Shown one piece after another: positions 63,501 to 64,000 of a DNA stretch of 64,000 bases. Below the pieces are notes generated by a model. That model worked only from the letters and a program-made list of their open reading frames with translations. It made no database searches and was not told where the DNA came from. How positions within the stretch are numbered: position 1 is the first letter of the stretch; the number at the start of each line of letters is the position of its first letter. Source of the DNA: Podarcis pityusensis (lineage: Eukaryota); the NCBI GenBank assembly GCA_964106645.2, contig OZ067042.1, one strand, 5' to 3'. Made by a program: the position numbers and the translations under genes.

Positions 63501-64000
63501 TCAGAACTTACTCCTTAGTCTGAACTATTCATTCCACTGGAGAAGGTGCCACCCATGAGGAATCTATGTAATTTTAATTTATTATTTGTACCCTGCCCAT
63601 CTATGGGTTTCTATGGTTATGTTTTCCTTTACTGCTGGCTTTTGGAACCCAGCTGCCTGCCTGCCTTTTCCCCCCTTGAGGGTCAGATCAGGCCCTTGGG
63701 GGCTAGCCATTCATGCTTTAAACATTTCAACGTTTCCCACTGTGCTGAACTGGTTGTCCTAGTCTGTGACACCATATTACTGCAGCAGCATGCTCTTTTC
63801 ATTGTGAGTAGTTCGTATGCAAGTTAATTTACATAAAGCACACATATAATAAATATTTTAGTGTTCATGTCTAACTGTCTGCAAATTGTACAGTCTCCAG
63901 GCATTCCATTCTAGATGTGACAAGCAGTAATGCTCCAGGTGGAAAGCAAACTTCCATAGTGGGATGATGGCAACATCTTGAACAGCACAAGAAATGAGCC

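Larger units (their letters stand above)
8013..64000 (-). other. GFRA1: GFRA1 intron 5' of the D2 exon (continues beyond the window)
   Basis: No upstream GFRA1 exon (D1, the GNDLLEDSPYEPVNSRLSDIFR exon, or the DVFQQ microexon) could be found. GFRA1 is known to have very long introns in this region in mammals. Confidence 0.8.

Noticed and set aside
1-64000. A novel multi-gene or prokaryote-type system
   Set aside because: Only one host exon is present. There is no operon, intact transposase, RT, viral gene, rRNA, true tRNA or CRISPR array.

Overview
This is vertebrate genomic DNA, not microbial. It is almost certainly a squamate and probably a lacertid lizard, inferred from Sauria (POM-type) SINEs, Squam3-like SINEs, BovB and L2 remnants. 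The only supported coding sequence is one 340-nt internal exon of GFRA1 (GDNF family receptor alpha-1) on the minus strand at 7673-8012. It has a canonical AG acceptor and GT donor and encodes cysteine-rich domain 2 plus the start of domain 3. The rest appears to be GFRA1 intron: at least 56 kb upstream and at least 7.6 kb downstream in transcript terms. The introns are filled with hAT, Tc1/mariner and Harbinger-like MITEs (several with readable TIRs and TSDs), SINEs, LINE fragments and microsatellites, with transposon-poor AT-rich blocks that look like conserved enhancers. Nearly all other ORFs in the track are spurious or decayed LINE sequence. I found no convincing new multi-gene system. 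The most interesting leads are non-coding: inverted Sauria SINEs bracketing the exon (possible back-splicing), a MITE-internal hairpin of pre-miRNA size that pairs fully only on the GFRA1 transcript strand, an AP-2/SOX/FOX motif cluster, a perfect palindromic Z-DNA microsatellite, and several nested insertions. Transposon family names come from recalled consensus features, not a database search.
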